Origin: Deltaproteobacteria bacterium
GTDB taxonomy: Bacteria; BMS3Abin14
NCBI GenBank assembly: GCA_013151915.1
Contig: JAADHJ010000044.1
Location: 67,029-131,028 of the forward strand
Reading direction: 5' to 3'
Length of the DNA: 64,000 nucleotides
Below the pieces are notes generated by a model, which was not told where the DNA came from, searched no databases, and was given only the letters and a program-made list of their open reading frames with translations. The translations under genes were made by a program, and so were the position numbers. Below, piece by piece: positions 54,765-64,000 of the stretch (positions are counted from its first letter, which is position 1; each line of letters starts with the position of its first letter).

Positions 54765-56555
54765 ATGAGTACCGGTAAATCCCGGAACATGCTTAGCGTC
54801 CTGGCCCCTTCCCGACCCGAGGATTTCACCACCCGCCCTGTCATAATGGGCACCCACGGAATGGTCACGAGCGGGCATTACCTGGCCGGCAGGATAGGGG
54901 TCCGCATCCTCGAGGACGGTGGTAATGCCATTGATGCCGGGGTTGCGATGGGTTTTGCCCTGGCCGTGCTGGAACCTTACATCTACGGAATCGGTGGCGA
55001 GGTGCCCATACTGATTTATCTGGCCGACGAGAAACGGGTCGTGAGCCTTTGTGGACAGGGACCGGCCCCCGGGAAGGCTACCATCGAATGGTTTAAAAGA
55101 AACGGGTTCGATGCGGTTCCGGGGGATGGTCTGCCGGCTGCCGTGGTGCCGGATGCCTTGTCCACCTGGATCGCGGCCCTTTCCAGATTCGGAACAATGA
55201 GGCTTTCGCAGGTCCTCGAGGCTGCCATTGACCTGGCGGAGTGCGGGTTTCCCATGTATGGAGTCCTCCAGGCCGCCCTGGAACAGAATTCCCAACGGTT
55301 TAATGATTCATGGCCTACTTCGGCGGATGCATTTCTCCCCAATGGTCGGATCCCGGCGATAGGAGAGCTGTATAGGCAGGCTGATATAGCTGAAATGTTC
55401 AAGAGACTTGCAGCGGCGGAATATCGGGAGAAGAAAAGGGGACGCAGGGCCGGTCTTCAGGCTGCGCACGACCTGTTTTATAAGGGTGAAATCGCGGAAC
55501 GGATAGTGAGATTTGCCCAGGAAAGCAGGTCTCCTGATTCCATGGGCAACAGATTCAGCGGGCTTTTGACAAAGGAGGATCTGTTTAATCACGCTGCCCG
55601 GGTCGAGGAACCCGTTTCCACAACCTATAGGGGATATGAGGTCTTCAAGTGCGGTCCATGGACCCAGGGGCCGGTTTTTTTACAGCAGTTAAACCTCCTG
55701 GAAGGATATGACCTGTGTTCGATGGGACATAATTCGCCCGAATACATTCACCTCCTGACAGAGGTTGCCAAACTGGCGTTTGCGGATCGGGAAGAGTATT
55801 ATGGCGATCCCGACTTTGTTCACGTACCTCTCGATATTCTTTTAGATAAAGGGTATTCAACCGAACGGCGCAAGTTGATCGACCCGGATCATGCCTCAAT
55901 GGACCTCCGTCCCGGCAATGCGGCTTCAAGCCGGCCCCGGCGAAAAAAGGGAAATCCGAACGTATTCAAAGGGGACACTACCCATCTTGACGCTGTAGAT
56001 CAATGGGGGAACATGATTGCCGCCACTCCATCCGGAGGGTGGTTTTCCAGCTCCCCCGTCGTTGCGGGGCTGGGCTTTCCCCTGGGGTCGCGCATGCAGA
56101 TGTTTTCCCTCGATCCCGACCATGCCAATGCCCTTGTCCCGGGTAAGCGGCCGAGAACAACTCTCACCCCCTCCCTTGTCTTGCGGGAAGGGCAGCCGTT
56201 CATGGTGTTCGGAACTCCGGGTGGGGATCAGCAGGACCAATGGACCCTGCAGTTTTTCCTGAACTGTGTGGATTTTGACATGAATATGCAGGCCGCTGTG
56301 GATGCCCCAACCTTCCACTCGAGCCATTTTCCCGCATCCTTCTACCCCCATAGCGCAAACCCCGGCAGACTGACGGTTGAGGGCCGTATTCCGGATGCCG
56401 CCATCGCCGTTCTCCGGGAAAAGGGGCACGATGTGGAGGTGGCCGGAGACTGGAACCATGGGCGGGTTCTGGGTATCAGATTCAATGCCGGCAGCGGTGT
56501 CATGTCCGGAGTGGCGACCGCCCGATTGGAAACCGGCTACGCCCTGGGATGGTAA
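54765..56555 (+). CDS. ggt: Gamma-glutamyltransferase family protein (Ntn hydrolase)
   Basis: Autoprocessing/catalytic threonine context GDTTHLDAVDQWGNMIAATPSGG and the C-terminal GGDQQ region are present. Confidence 0.85.
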   Translation: MSTGKSRNMLSVLAPSRPEDFTTRPVIMGTHGMVTSGHYLAGRIGVRILEDGGNAIDAGVAMGFALAVLEPYIYGIGGEVPILIYLADEKRVVSLCGQGPAPGKATIEWFKRNGFDAVPGDGLPAAVVPDALSTWIAALSRFGTMRLSQVLEAAIDLAECGFPMYGVLQAALEQNSQRFNDSWPTSADAFLPNGRIPAIGELYRQADIAEMFKRLAAAEYREKKRGRRAGLQAAHDLFYKGEIAERIVRFAQESRSPDSMGNRFSGLLTKEDLFNHAARVEEPVSTTYRGYEVFKCGPWTQGPVFLQQLNLLEGYDLCSMGHNSPEYIHLLTEVAKLAFADREEYYGDPDFVHVPLDILLDKGYSTERRKLIDPDHASMDLRPGNAASSRPRRKKGNPNVFKGDTTHLDAVDQWGNMIAATPSGGWFSSSPVVAGLGFPLGSRMQMFSLDPDHANALVPGKRPRTTLTPSLVLREGQPFMVFGTPGGDQQDQWTLQFFLNCVDFDMNMQAAVDAPTFHSSHFPASFYPHSANPGRLTVEGRIPDAAIAVLREKGHDVEVAGDWNHGRVLGIRFNAGSGVMSGVATARLETGYALGW

Positions 56556-56624
56556 TTACCCTTTCAGCGAAAAAAAGCTCCCGCCTTTTGCGACGGGAGC
56601 TTTTTTTCGCTCTTTACGCCTGCT

Positions 56625-59294
56625 TTATACCGAGGCTTTTGACATGCCTTTTTTCATCTTTTTTCTCAATGTTGCCTGTGCCGCCGCGAGGCGGGCCGCA
56701 GGCAGCCTGAACGGCGAGGCGCTGACATAGGTGAGTCCGATCTCGTAGCAGAATTCCACCGAGTCGGGATCCACCTGTTCCCCGCAGATCCCCATCTTCA
56801 TGCCCTTTTTAATCTTCCTGCTGCTGTCGATGGCCATCCTCATGAGCAGGCCCACACCCTTGCGGTCGATGGTCATAAACGGATCACTCTCAAATATCCC
56901 GTGTTCGACGTAATAGGGCAGGAAACTTCCAGCGTCATCCCTCGACAGCCCGTATGTGGTCTGAGTCAGGTCGTTTGTGCCAAAGGAGTAGAAGTCCGCC
57001 TCCGGGGCTATTTCATGGGCAAGCAGGGCTGCCCGGGCGATCTCAATCATGGTTCCGACATCGTAGGGAATCTTCACATTGTAGTGTTTTTCCACCTCTT
57101 CGGCCACTCTCACCGTCATCTCACGCATCACGCTAAACTCTTTTACATCGGCGATGAGGGGGATCATAATCTCGGGAATAGCCTTGATGTTCTTTTTGGA
57201 GACCTGACAGGCGGCTTCTATAATAGCCCGAACCTGCATCTCGGCAATTTCGGGATAGGTAATGGCAAGCCTGCATCCTCTGTGGCCAAGCATGGGGTTG
57301 AATTCACGCAGCGACTTGTTCCTCGCCCTGAGTTTCTCCAGGGGTACACCCATCTCATCGGCCAGAGACTTGAGATCCTTCTCGGTTTTGGGAAGAAACT
57401 CGTGCAGGGGCGGATCAAGGAGCCTTATGGTCACCGGCAGGCCGTCCATCACCTTGAAGATGTTGATAAAGTCTTTCCTCTGCATGGGAAGGATCTTTTT
57501 GAGGGCTTTTTTTCTGCCCGCCGTGTCGTCCGCCAGAATCATCTCACGCACCGCCTTGATCTTTTTGGCATCGAAGAACATATGCTCGGTGCGTACAAGT
57601 CCGATCCCTTCAGCACCAAACTTTAATGCCATACGGGCGTCGGCGGGGGTATCGGCATTTGCCCTGACACCCAGCTTTCTTATTTCGTCGGACCACTTCA
57701 TGATGGTGTTGAAATCCCCTGTGAGCTCGGGTGAAACCAGGGGGACCTGTCCGAGCATCACCTCCCCGGTTGAACCGTTAAGGGTGATGTAATCCCCTTC
57801 CTTGATGACATGGGGTTCGACAATAAAGGATTTCTTCTTTTCGTTGATGTCAAGAGCAGTGCAGCCGGCGACACAGCACTTGCCCATTCCCCTGGCCACC
57901 ACGGCCGCGTGGGATGTCATGCCACCTCTGGCGGTGAGAATTCCCTGGGCGGCATCCATGCCTCCAATATCCTCAGGGGAGGTCTCAGGCCTAACCAGAA
58001 TCACCTTTTCGCCATGCGATGCGGCGTTTTCGGCATCCGCTGCGGAAAACACGACCTTTCCCACAGCGGCGCCGGGGGAGGCAGGGAGTCCCTTGGCAAT
58101 GATGTCAACGGATGCCTTGGGATCAATGGTCGGGTGAAGAAGCTGATCAATCTGATCGGCGTCGATTCTCATTATCGCGGTCTTTTTGTTGATCAGTTTT
58201 TCCTTAACCAACTGAATGGCGATTTTGATGGATGCCGCCGCCGTTCGTTTTCCAATCCTGGTCTGGAGCATGTATAGTTTGCCGTCCTGCACCGTGAACT
58301 CCAGGTCCAACATGTCCTTGTAGTGTTTTTCCAGCTTTTTATATATTCGATCCAACTCTTTATATGTGGCCGGCAGCTTCTTCTTCATTTCGTTGATGTG
58401 AAGAGGCGTCCTTATTCCAGCAACAACATCCTCCCCTTGTGCGTCGATGAGGTACTCGGCAAAAAATTTCTTCCGGCCGGTGGATGGATCCCTTGTAAAG
58501 CCGACGCCCGTACCTGAATTTTCGCCCATGTTTCCAAAAACCATGGCCTGTACGTTGCACGCCGTGCCGAGATCATCGGGTATTCCGTTCAGCCTTCTGT
58601 AGGTTCCGGCCCTTTCCCCGAACCAGGATTCAAAAACAGCGTTGATGGCAAGCTTGACCTGCTGCAGGGGATCTCTGGGAAAAGCTTTGCCTGTCTCAGA
58701 TCGGTAAATGCCCTTGAATTCCTTCACAAGTTCCCTGAGATCCTCGGCGGTCAGTTCCGTATCATTCTTTATGCCCCTGTCGCTCTTCATCTTTTCCAGT
58801 GCGTTTTCAAAAAGCTGTCTGTCCAACCCCATGACGGTACTCCCGAACATGGAAACAAGCCTTCTGAAGGTGTCCAGGGCAAAACGCTCGTTGTCTGTCT
58901 TCTTGATGAGGGCCTTTAAAGTGGTCTCATTGAGTCCAAGGTTCAAGACAGTGTCCATCATTCCCGGCATGGAAAACTTGGCGCCTGAACGAACGGAGAG
59001 AAGAAGAGGATTTTTTGAATCCCCGAGCTTCATGCCCATCGCCTTCTCAATCTTTTTCAGGTTATCAAGCACCTGGTCCCACATGCCTGCAGGGTACTTC
59101 CTGTTATCGGCAAAGTAGGCGTTACAAGCCTCAGTCGTGATGGTAAAGCCGGCGGGAACGGGGATCTTGAGTCTGGTCATTTCTGCCAGGCCGGCGCCTT
59201 TTCCGCCAAGCAGATCCTTCATTTTTCCGCTTCCGTCAGCCTTCCCATCTCCAAAAAAATAGACAAACTTTGTTGCTTTACCTGCCATAATCAA
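56625..59294 (-). CDS. ppdK: Pyruvate, phosphate dikinase
   Basis: 889 aa. The phospho-His domain GGMTSHAAVVARGMGKCCVAG is present, with an N-terminal ATP-grasp and C-terminal PEP-utilising TIM barrel. Confidence 0.9.
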   Translation of the reverse strand: MIMAGKATKFVYFFGDGKADGSGKMKDLLGGKGAGLAEMTRLKIPVPAGFTITTEACNAYFADNRKYPAGMWDQVLDNLKKIEKAMGMKLGDSKNPLLLSVRSGAKFSMPGMMDTVLNLGLNETTLKALIKKTDNERFALDTFRRLVSMFGSTVMGLDRQLFENALEKMKSDRGIKNDTELTAEDLRELVKEFKGIYRSETGKAFPRDPLQQVKLAINAVFESWFGERAGTYRRLNGIPDDLGTACNVQAMVFGNMGENSGTGVGFTRDPSTGRKKFFAEYLIDAQGEDVVAGIRTPLHINEMKKKLPATYKELDRIYKKLEKHYKDMLDLEFTVQDGKLYMLQTRIGKRTAAASIKIAIQLVKEKLINKKTAIMRIDADQIDQLLHPTIDPKASVDIIAKGLPASPGAAVGKVVFSAADAENAASHGEKVILVRPETSPEDIGGMDAAQGILTARGGMTSHAAVVARGMGKCCVAGCTALDINEKKKSFIVEPHVIKEGDYITLNGSTGEVMLGQVPLVSPELTGDFNTIMKWSDEIRKLGVRANADTPADARMALKFGAEGIGLVRTEHMFFDAKKIKAVREMILADDTAGRKKALKKILPMQRKDFINIFKVMDGLPVTIRLLDPPLHEFLPKTEKDLKSLADEMGVPLEKLRARNKSLREFNPMLGHRGCRLAITYPEIAEMQVRAIIEAACQVSKKNIKAIPEIMIPLIADVKEFSVMREMTVRVAEEVEKHYNVKIPYDVGTMIEIARAALLAHEIAPEADFYSFGTNDLTQTTYGLSRDDAGSFLPYYVEHGIFESDPFMTIDRKGVGLLMRMAIDSSRKIKKGMKMGICGEQVDPDSVEFCYEIGLTYVSASPFRLPAARLAAAQATLRKKMKKGMSKASV

Positions 59295-59347
59295 CCTCCC
59301 TGAAACATTGTTGAGCGGTGATAAACCACGAAAAGCTCCATTATTGA

Positions 59348-59506
59348 TATGGTCGTAAAAAGTCCATTAATGGCTTTTTACTTTACGGAAAGCGAAAAGT
59401 GTCATTTTCACTTTCCTCACAAATCAACAACTTGAACTTGCGCTGCAAGTCATTGATTTGCGCGCCCCGGAAGTGGGCGCGTTGACGACTTCGTAAAAAG
59501 TCATCA
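59348..59506 (+). repeat. 180-bp multi-hairpin repeat, unit B copy 3, immediately 5' of ppdK
   Basis: Matches copies 1 and 2 except that the central hairpin is replaced by a shorter one with compensatory changes (CAAATCAACAACTTG..CAAGTCATTGATTTG). It ends in the repeat-C palindrome. Confidence 0.7.
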
Positions 59507-60025
59507 ACATTGAATCGGAAATTAAAACCATCGATAAGGAGGAAAAAACATCGATATCCGGTACAATTTATCAGCCAAATGATGGCCCGTCAATGGGGTT
59601 TACCTCTTTCTGAGCACCAGTTTATCCAGGAGAAAAACGCCCCCTGTAATCAGGTAAATCAGGATTATTCTCATGACAGAGTTCTTCATCCCGTAGGTGA
59701 GTCCAAAGCCAAGCAGGAGCCCTATAAAGATCGAAACATTTTTGCGCCTTTTGTTGGGAAACCATTCCACTCTTTTCATTGTTGAGATCCCATCCTTTCC
59801 CTGGACTTTCCTTTCGATTCAATCCGTTTTCGCCATCCGGCCGGATGCCTTGTCAGGTTGTAACTTCCTGCGTGCGGTGAGGTCAAGCCCCATCGACGGG
59901 CCCGGATCATTCCGCGGCAAATCCGCCTCCAGGAAGGATAATACCACTGGAAATACCCCCCCAACACTTCCTTTTGAACCGGGAAAGTAGTAAAATTTCA
60001 GGCAAATTGGAAGGGACCTGAGACA

Positions 60026-61843
60026 TTGAAAATTACTCCGCCTGAAAAAACCGATTTCTATTTGAGCAACCTGTCCTATCATGGGAAACAGGTCGTCCTT
60101 TACTCCGGCGGTATCCTGTGTTCAACTACCCACGAACTGGTTCACAGCTGGGCGTTCGCGACTGTTTTTAAACTGTTTGTTGATCACCTCTTCGAAAACC
60201 AGGACTCCGTCCTGAACGGCATGACGTCCGATCTGGGAACGGAAGAGGGGAGACAACGGATGTTGTCCCTTCTCTGGACCGTGGCCGAAACGCCCATTGA
60301 AAACGCTGTCAGGGTTATCCCGGGAGCGGATCACTATCAGTCCAACCCCAGGGCGCTCTACCTGTTTGTCGAGGCTTTCTACGATTTCTGGCGCTCCCAC
60401 GACCGTTATCTTGTCTGCTACTCCGAGCAGGGGCCAAGAAGCCACGACAGGAGACCGTACAGGACCTTCAATGTAACCATCGAAAGGCTGACAGACCTGA
60501 TCCGTTCCCTCTACCGGGATATGTGCGAGAATATTACGGGGGATCACTCCCGCATCTACAGGCAGGTCGCGGCCGGATGCAATCTTGGTGTCATCGCCAC
60601 CCGGAAGGAGTGGAACCCGCCCAGCCCGGGCACCCTTGCTCTTGCGGACATACCCTTCATAAGGCAGGTCCTCATTAATCCTCCTCTCATTATCGATCCA
60701 CCCGAGAACCGGCGGACGGGTCAATTCCTCAAGGTGGATCGTGATCCCCTCGAGGGGCTTGAACTGGAATCCGATGAGTGGCTTTGCTATCCCGCCCAGG
60801 TAGGTCCCCTTTCCATATTCATCTACTTCCATCAGGTTTTCATGGGGCTGGGATGTTCCCTTGCCAACCTGTTCGAACTGGCTTCCGACGATATGATTGC
60901 TTCGGGCCCCGACGCCGTTTTTCTGTACGGGGTTCCGGCCGGACACCTCTCGGAATATGGAGATGTGCCCACCGTCTTTTACGATGACGAGGTTAACGGC
61001 ATTATCACGGGGGCCATTCCCGGAGAAGACAGGTTCGGATATTTCGGTTACCTCAAGAAGATGGCTCTGACTTTGCACAACATAAAGATGATGAAGAGGG
61101 GACGGATGCCCTTTCATGGGGCAATGGCGCGGATCATGCTTAGAAACGGTAAGGAGTCGACAGTCCTTGTCATGGGTGAGACTGCCACCGGCAAGTCGGA
61201 GACCCTGGAGGCCTTGCGCGTCATCGGTCGGGAGTTCATCAGGAACATATCCATTATCTCGGACGACATGGGGTCGTTGGGGATCGACGATGAGGGACGG
61301 GTCCTGGGATATGGGACCGAGACGGGGGCCTTTATCCGGCTGGACGATCTTCAGCGCGGATACGCTTTGAAACAGGTGAACAGGGCCATCATCATGAGTC
61401 CCCAGAAGGCAAACGCGAGGGTGCTCATTCCCGTGAACTTCATCGAAGAGATCCTCAAAGGTTACCCCATCGGCTATATCCTTTATGCCAACAACTACGA
61501 ACAGGTGGACGAGGACCATCCCGTTATCCAGACCTTCCCCACAGCGGAGATCGCCATGACGGTTTTTCGGGAGGGGGCGGCAATGTCCAAGGGCACCACC
61601 ACGTCCACAGGCCTGACCCACAGTTATTTCGCTAATATCTTCGGGCCGCCCCAGTATCGAGAGGTGCACGAGGAACTGGCGGTCAGGACCTTTGATGCCG
61701 CCTTTACCTCCGGGATATTTGTGGGCCAAATGAGAACACGTCTGGCCGTCCCGGGTTTTGAGACGGAAGGTCCCAGGCTGGTGGCAAAGGCATTACTTGA
61801 ACTGATCACTGAAAAAGAGGACGGGAAGAAGGTGAAGGTGTAG
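60026..61843 (+). CDS. Hypothetical 605-aa protein with HprK/PEPCK-like P-loop domain
   Basis: Walker A in HPr-kinase-like context VLVMGETATGKSETLEALRVIG....ISDDMGSL (compare HprK GDSGVGKSETALEL...VADD). The N-terminal roughly 400 aa has no recognisable motifs. Apparent TTG start. Confidence 0.5.
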   Translation: MKITPPEKTDFYLSNLSYHGKQVVLYSGGILCSTTHELVHSWAFATVFKLFVDHLFENQDSVLNGMTSDLGTEEGRQRMLSLLWTVAETPIENAVRVIPGADHYQSNPRALYLFVEAFYDFWRSHDRYLVCYSEQGPRSHDRRPYRTFNVTIERLTDLIRSLYRDMCENITGDHSRIYRQVAAGCNLGVIATRKEWNPPSPGTLALADIPFIRQVLINPPLIIDPPENRRTGQFLKVDRDPLEGLELESDEWLCYPAQVGPLSIFIYFHQVFMGLGCSLANLFELASDDMIASGPDAVFLYGVPAGHLSEYGDVPTVFYDDEVNGIITGAIPGEDRFGYFGYLKKMALTLHNIKMMKRGRMPFHGAMARIMLRNGKESTVLVMGETATGKSETLEALRVIGREFIRNISIISDDMGSLGIDDEGRVLGYGTETGAFIRLDDLQRGYALKQVNRAIIMSPQKANARVLIPVNFIEEILKGYPIGYILYANNYEQVDEDHPVIQTFPTAEIAMTVFREGAAMSKGTTTSTGLTHSYFANIFGPPQYREVHEELAVRTFDAAFTSGIFVGQMRTRLAVPGFETEGPRLVAKALLELITEKEDGKKVKV

Positions 61844-61863
61844 AGATCCTTTCCGGGACAGGT

Positions 61864-62016
61864 CTATTTTTTTTTTGACGGTGAAGCGCATTTCGGGCAC
61901 TCGATTGCTGATTTTAACACCCATGTCCTGCAGACCGGGCACCTTTTTGACCTCCCCAGGGTCATTAAGCCAACAACGAACAAAATGCCGAAAAATGTAC
62001 CAAACGCCAGGATCAT
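61864..62016 (-). CDS. Small TM + zinc-ribbon protein, 50 aa (MILAFGTFFGILFVVGLMTLGRSKRCPVCRTWVLKSAIECPKCASPSKKK)
   Basis: GGGAG ribosome-binding site 8 nt upstream. It has a hydrophobic N-terminus, CPxC-x12-CPxC and a KKK tail. It is below the ORF-track cutoff and lies downstream of the MBL hydrolase on the same strand. Confidence 0.4.
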   Translation of the reverse strand: MILAFGTFFGILFVVGLMTLGRSKRCPVCRTWVLKSAIECPKCASPSKKK

Positions 62017-62147
62017 TGCATTATCTCCCTTCCAATCTCACTGGATTACCGTCAACAGATTTTTCTGTTTCCATGATCAAGAGGTCAAATAAAGCTACCG
62101 CGGAATTATAGCATTTCCGGCAGGCTTTTGAGAAGTATCAGGTGTTC

Positions 62148-63233
62148 TTAATCCTTATGGAGGCTGGAAAATGTGTAGACGTTCCCGACCGGGGCCAGAT
62201 GGTTTTTCGTGAGCATAAACGGTTTTTTTGATTTCCTGTTCTCCTGCCAGAGAAGATTGACCAGGGCCAACGGGGAACAATGGGTGGGGATTATATAGCG
62301 GATATTCTGGGAGAGCAGGTCCCTTCCGGTTGTATCCACGTCGGAATTTGGATGAAAGCCGCCATAGTAACAGTGGACATTAACCTCTTTCGTCAAGGTC
62401 TTTGCGTAGATGAGAGAGGTATTAACACCGGCGTGGGAGCATCCGCTGATGACGACAAGTCCCTTGTTTTTTACATTAAAGACGATGGAGGTGTCCTCGT
62501 CAGCGGAATCTTCTATATTTCTGTCGATAACATTCCCGTTGTTGCCGCATTTAAAGAACTTCGGCCAGGGACGGGGCTTCATCTCGTAATCCTTCGCAAT
62601 CCCCATTTTTCCGGCTGCCGGCCGGATACTTCCAAGATAGAGTATCATGTTGTCCATGACCAAAGCGGGGCGTCGTGAAATGATCCATTTTCCACCGCGT
62701 TTTTCGGCCCCCTGTTTGTCGGGGGCGAGGACGATATATTCTCCGGCGTTGAGGAACGCTCTCCCGGATACCTTGGCCCTCGGCAAAAAGAAGCTCTCCC
62801 CACCGACATATAGGGGGATTTCCCTTCTCGCACCGGGATTAACAATTTCGAGTGCCCTGTTAAGATTGTAATAGTGATCCGAATGACCGTGGCTTAAAAG
62901 GATCATCTCCACTTTTTGCGGGTCAAATTCCCTGTCCAGAGCACTGAACACTTTAATGTTATGCTCAAGCGCCGTTTCGTTCTGGCCTACATCGAAGAGA
63001 AGATACCGGGATTTTCCGTCTTTTGTGACCCTGATGTAATTCGCAAAGGCATGAGCCCCGTGAAAACTGTGTTCAGGACCGTCGTATAAGTCGTAGTTAC
63101 CCAATGAATTCAGGATAACGTTGCCGCTTTTGTCCTCAATACGGCTTCCCTGAACTCCGGCGTAATCCCCCATAAGTTCGTAAACCCTGACCTCGTCCAC
63201 GGGCTCAATGTCAAATGTCTTGATTCCATTCAT
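62148..63233 (-). CDS. MBL-fold metallo-hydrolase
   Basis: HxHxDH motif LSHGHSDHY plus downstream His/Asp ligands. Length is 361 aa. Confidence 0.75.
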   Translation of the reverse strand: MNGIKTFDIEPVDEVRVYELMGDYAGVQGSRIEDKSGNVILNSLGNYDLYDGPEHSFHGAHAFANYIRVTKDGKSRYLLFDVGQNETALEHNIKVFSALDREFDPQKVEMILLSHGHSDHYYNLNRALEIVNPGARREIPLYVGGESFFLPRAKVSGRAFLNAGEYIVLAPDKQGAEKRGGKWIISRRPALVMDNMILYLGSIRPAAGKMGIAKDYEMKPRPWPKFFKCGNNGNVIDRNIEDSADEDTSIVFNVKNKGLVVISGCSHAGVNTSLIYAKTLTKEVNVHCYYGGFHPNSDVDTTGRDLLSQNIRYIIPTHCSPLALVNLLWQENRKSKKPFMLTKNHLAPVGNVYTFSSLHKD

Positions 63234-63262
63234 GCGAGTACTCTCTTCCCCTTCGCAGTTCG

Positions 63263-63994
63263 CTACCAGCTCCAGCTCAATCGCAGTCCATACCCTTCAT
63301 TCAACACGAGGGGGCTTATCCGGAAGTCCCGGCCGGCTTTCTCGCTTTCGGTTACGGCGCCGACTGCCTCCCAGCCCATATACCATCCCAATAGAGCCTG
63401 GGAGGCAAAATGAGCATCGTCGTTGATCCTGGACCAGCCTGCCGCGGTGGATGCGGTGAAGAAGAGATAGCGCAGAAACCGGGATTCGCTCATGCGTCCG
63501 GCAGTGAGAAATGGTATTGCCCCGATAAGAGCATGGCCGCTGACGCCGTTGGAATCTTTCAATGGGTTCCAGTGCGAGGCGTTATGACTTTCGCCCGGAC
63601 GGGAACCCCCGGTTACGACCTGCATAAGGAGAAGAGCCGGGCCGCCGACCAGGTAGGCGCGGGCGGACCTCCATCCCCATTCGCCAATACCTGAAGCTTC
63701 CGGGTTGGTGGAATACAGTGAACCCACGCCGGCGGCCAGCAGGGAAAGCGGTATGAGGTATTTACCCTCGCCGAGCAGCTTGGCGTTTTTTGAAATGTCA
63801 TCCGTTCCGGAGCTGCGGAAGTCTTTCTGAAACCGCTCCCGAATGTTCTCATCGAGGTCGGTGTTTGCCATGACTCCGCCGACGCCGAAGGCGATGCCAA
63901 GGTGAGTCAGATGTTCGGGAGAATAGAAATGTTGATAATCCTGTTTGACCTTCGCCCACGTTTTGTCCACGGCGGTATCGTGATATCCATTCAC
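63263..63994 (-). CDS. Hypothetical protein, possibly outer-membrane beta-barrel (ends ...GYGLRLSWSW); the N-terminus may extend beyond the window
   Basis: C-terminal aromatic residue, alternating hydrophobic pattern, conserved His/Ser. No confident family assignment. Confidence 0.35.
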   Translation of the reverse strand: MNGYHDTAVDKTWAKVKQDYQHFYSPEHLTHLGIAFGVGGVMANTDLDENIRERFQKDFRSSGTDDISKNAKLLGEGKYLIPLSLLAAGVGSLYSTNPEASGIGEWGWRSARAYLVGGPALLLMQVVTGGSRPGESHNASHWNPLKDSNGVSGHALIGAIPFLTAGRMSESRFLRYLFFTASTAAGWSRINDDAHFASQALLGWYMGWEAVGAVTESEKAGRDFRISPLVLNEGYGLRLSWSW

Positions 63995-64000
63995 ACCCCT

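Noticed and set aside
59600-59779. 59-aa minus-strand small hydrophobic ORF (MKRVEWFPNKRRKNVSIFIGLLLGFGLTYGMKNSVMRIILIYLITGGVFLLDKLVLRKR) in the AT-rich spacer upstream of the HprK-like gene
   Set aside because: It is plausible as a small membrane protein, but it has no clear ribosome-binding site or promoter and lies in low-complexity AT-rich DNA. It is not reported as a feature.
60122-61729. 535-aa minus-strand ORF fully antisense to the 605-aa plus-strand ORF
   Set aside because: The composition is G/P/R/H-rich, as expected for antisense frames of GC-rich genes. It has no motifs, whereas the plus-strand frame carries a clean HprK-like Walker A motif. It was judged a shadow ORF.

Overview
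This is a 64 kb GC-rich (about 60%) bacterial chromosomal segment, densely coding on both strands, with no rRNA, tRNA or CRISPR recognisable. The anaerobe-type gene content (4-subunit 2-oxoacid:ferredoxin oxidoreductase, short-form ThiC, hemerythrin, NapH-like polyferredoxin, PPDK) suggests a deltaproteobacterium-like anaerobe, but that is inference only.

Housekeeping genes:
- gatC-gatA, a miniature inverted-repeat transposable element (MITE)-like insert, then gatB
- mtnA-glnE-ilvE-polA, tightly packed or overlapping
- purU, ppdK, thiC, ubiE/menG, azlCD

Other coding content:
- An OmpR-type two-component system next to the C-terminal fragment of a glycosyltransferase.
- Two roughly 93%-identical GntR/FadR paralogs about 39 kb apart. 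One sits directly upstream of a porGDAB (2-oxoacid:ferredoxin oxidoreductase) - tctCBA - epimerase - permease - ggt block.
- A three-gene serine palmitoyltransferase cluster (epimerase/dehydratase-fold reductase, Spt, GNAT-like acyltransferase) that matches the bacterial ceramide pathway.
- An overlapping operon of five secreted proteins, including two tandem paralogous PDZ + beta-helix lipoproteins with mosaic identity and a FecR-domain protein.
- A stand-alone Cdc48-like double AAA+ ATPase.
- An HprK-like P-loop protein of unknown function.

Small genes missed by the 60-aa ORF track:
- Two tandem 45-aa single-transmembrane proteins, both starting MLEF, with a consensus sigma70 promoter, strong Shine-Dalgarno sites and a shared terminator.
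- A 50-aa transmembrane + zinc-ribbon protein.

Non-coding structure:
- At least four families of intergenic repeats: a 180-bp multi-hairpin unit, a GTTCAA-hexamer-rich element (MITE-like, with terminal inverted repeats), a 27-31 bp palindrome found immediately after stop codons, and CTGGACT heptamer tracts.
- Two low-GC islets (about 2.67-4.33 kb and about 10.8-13.1 kb) that look horizontally acquired.
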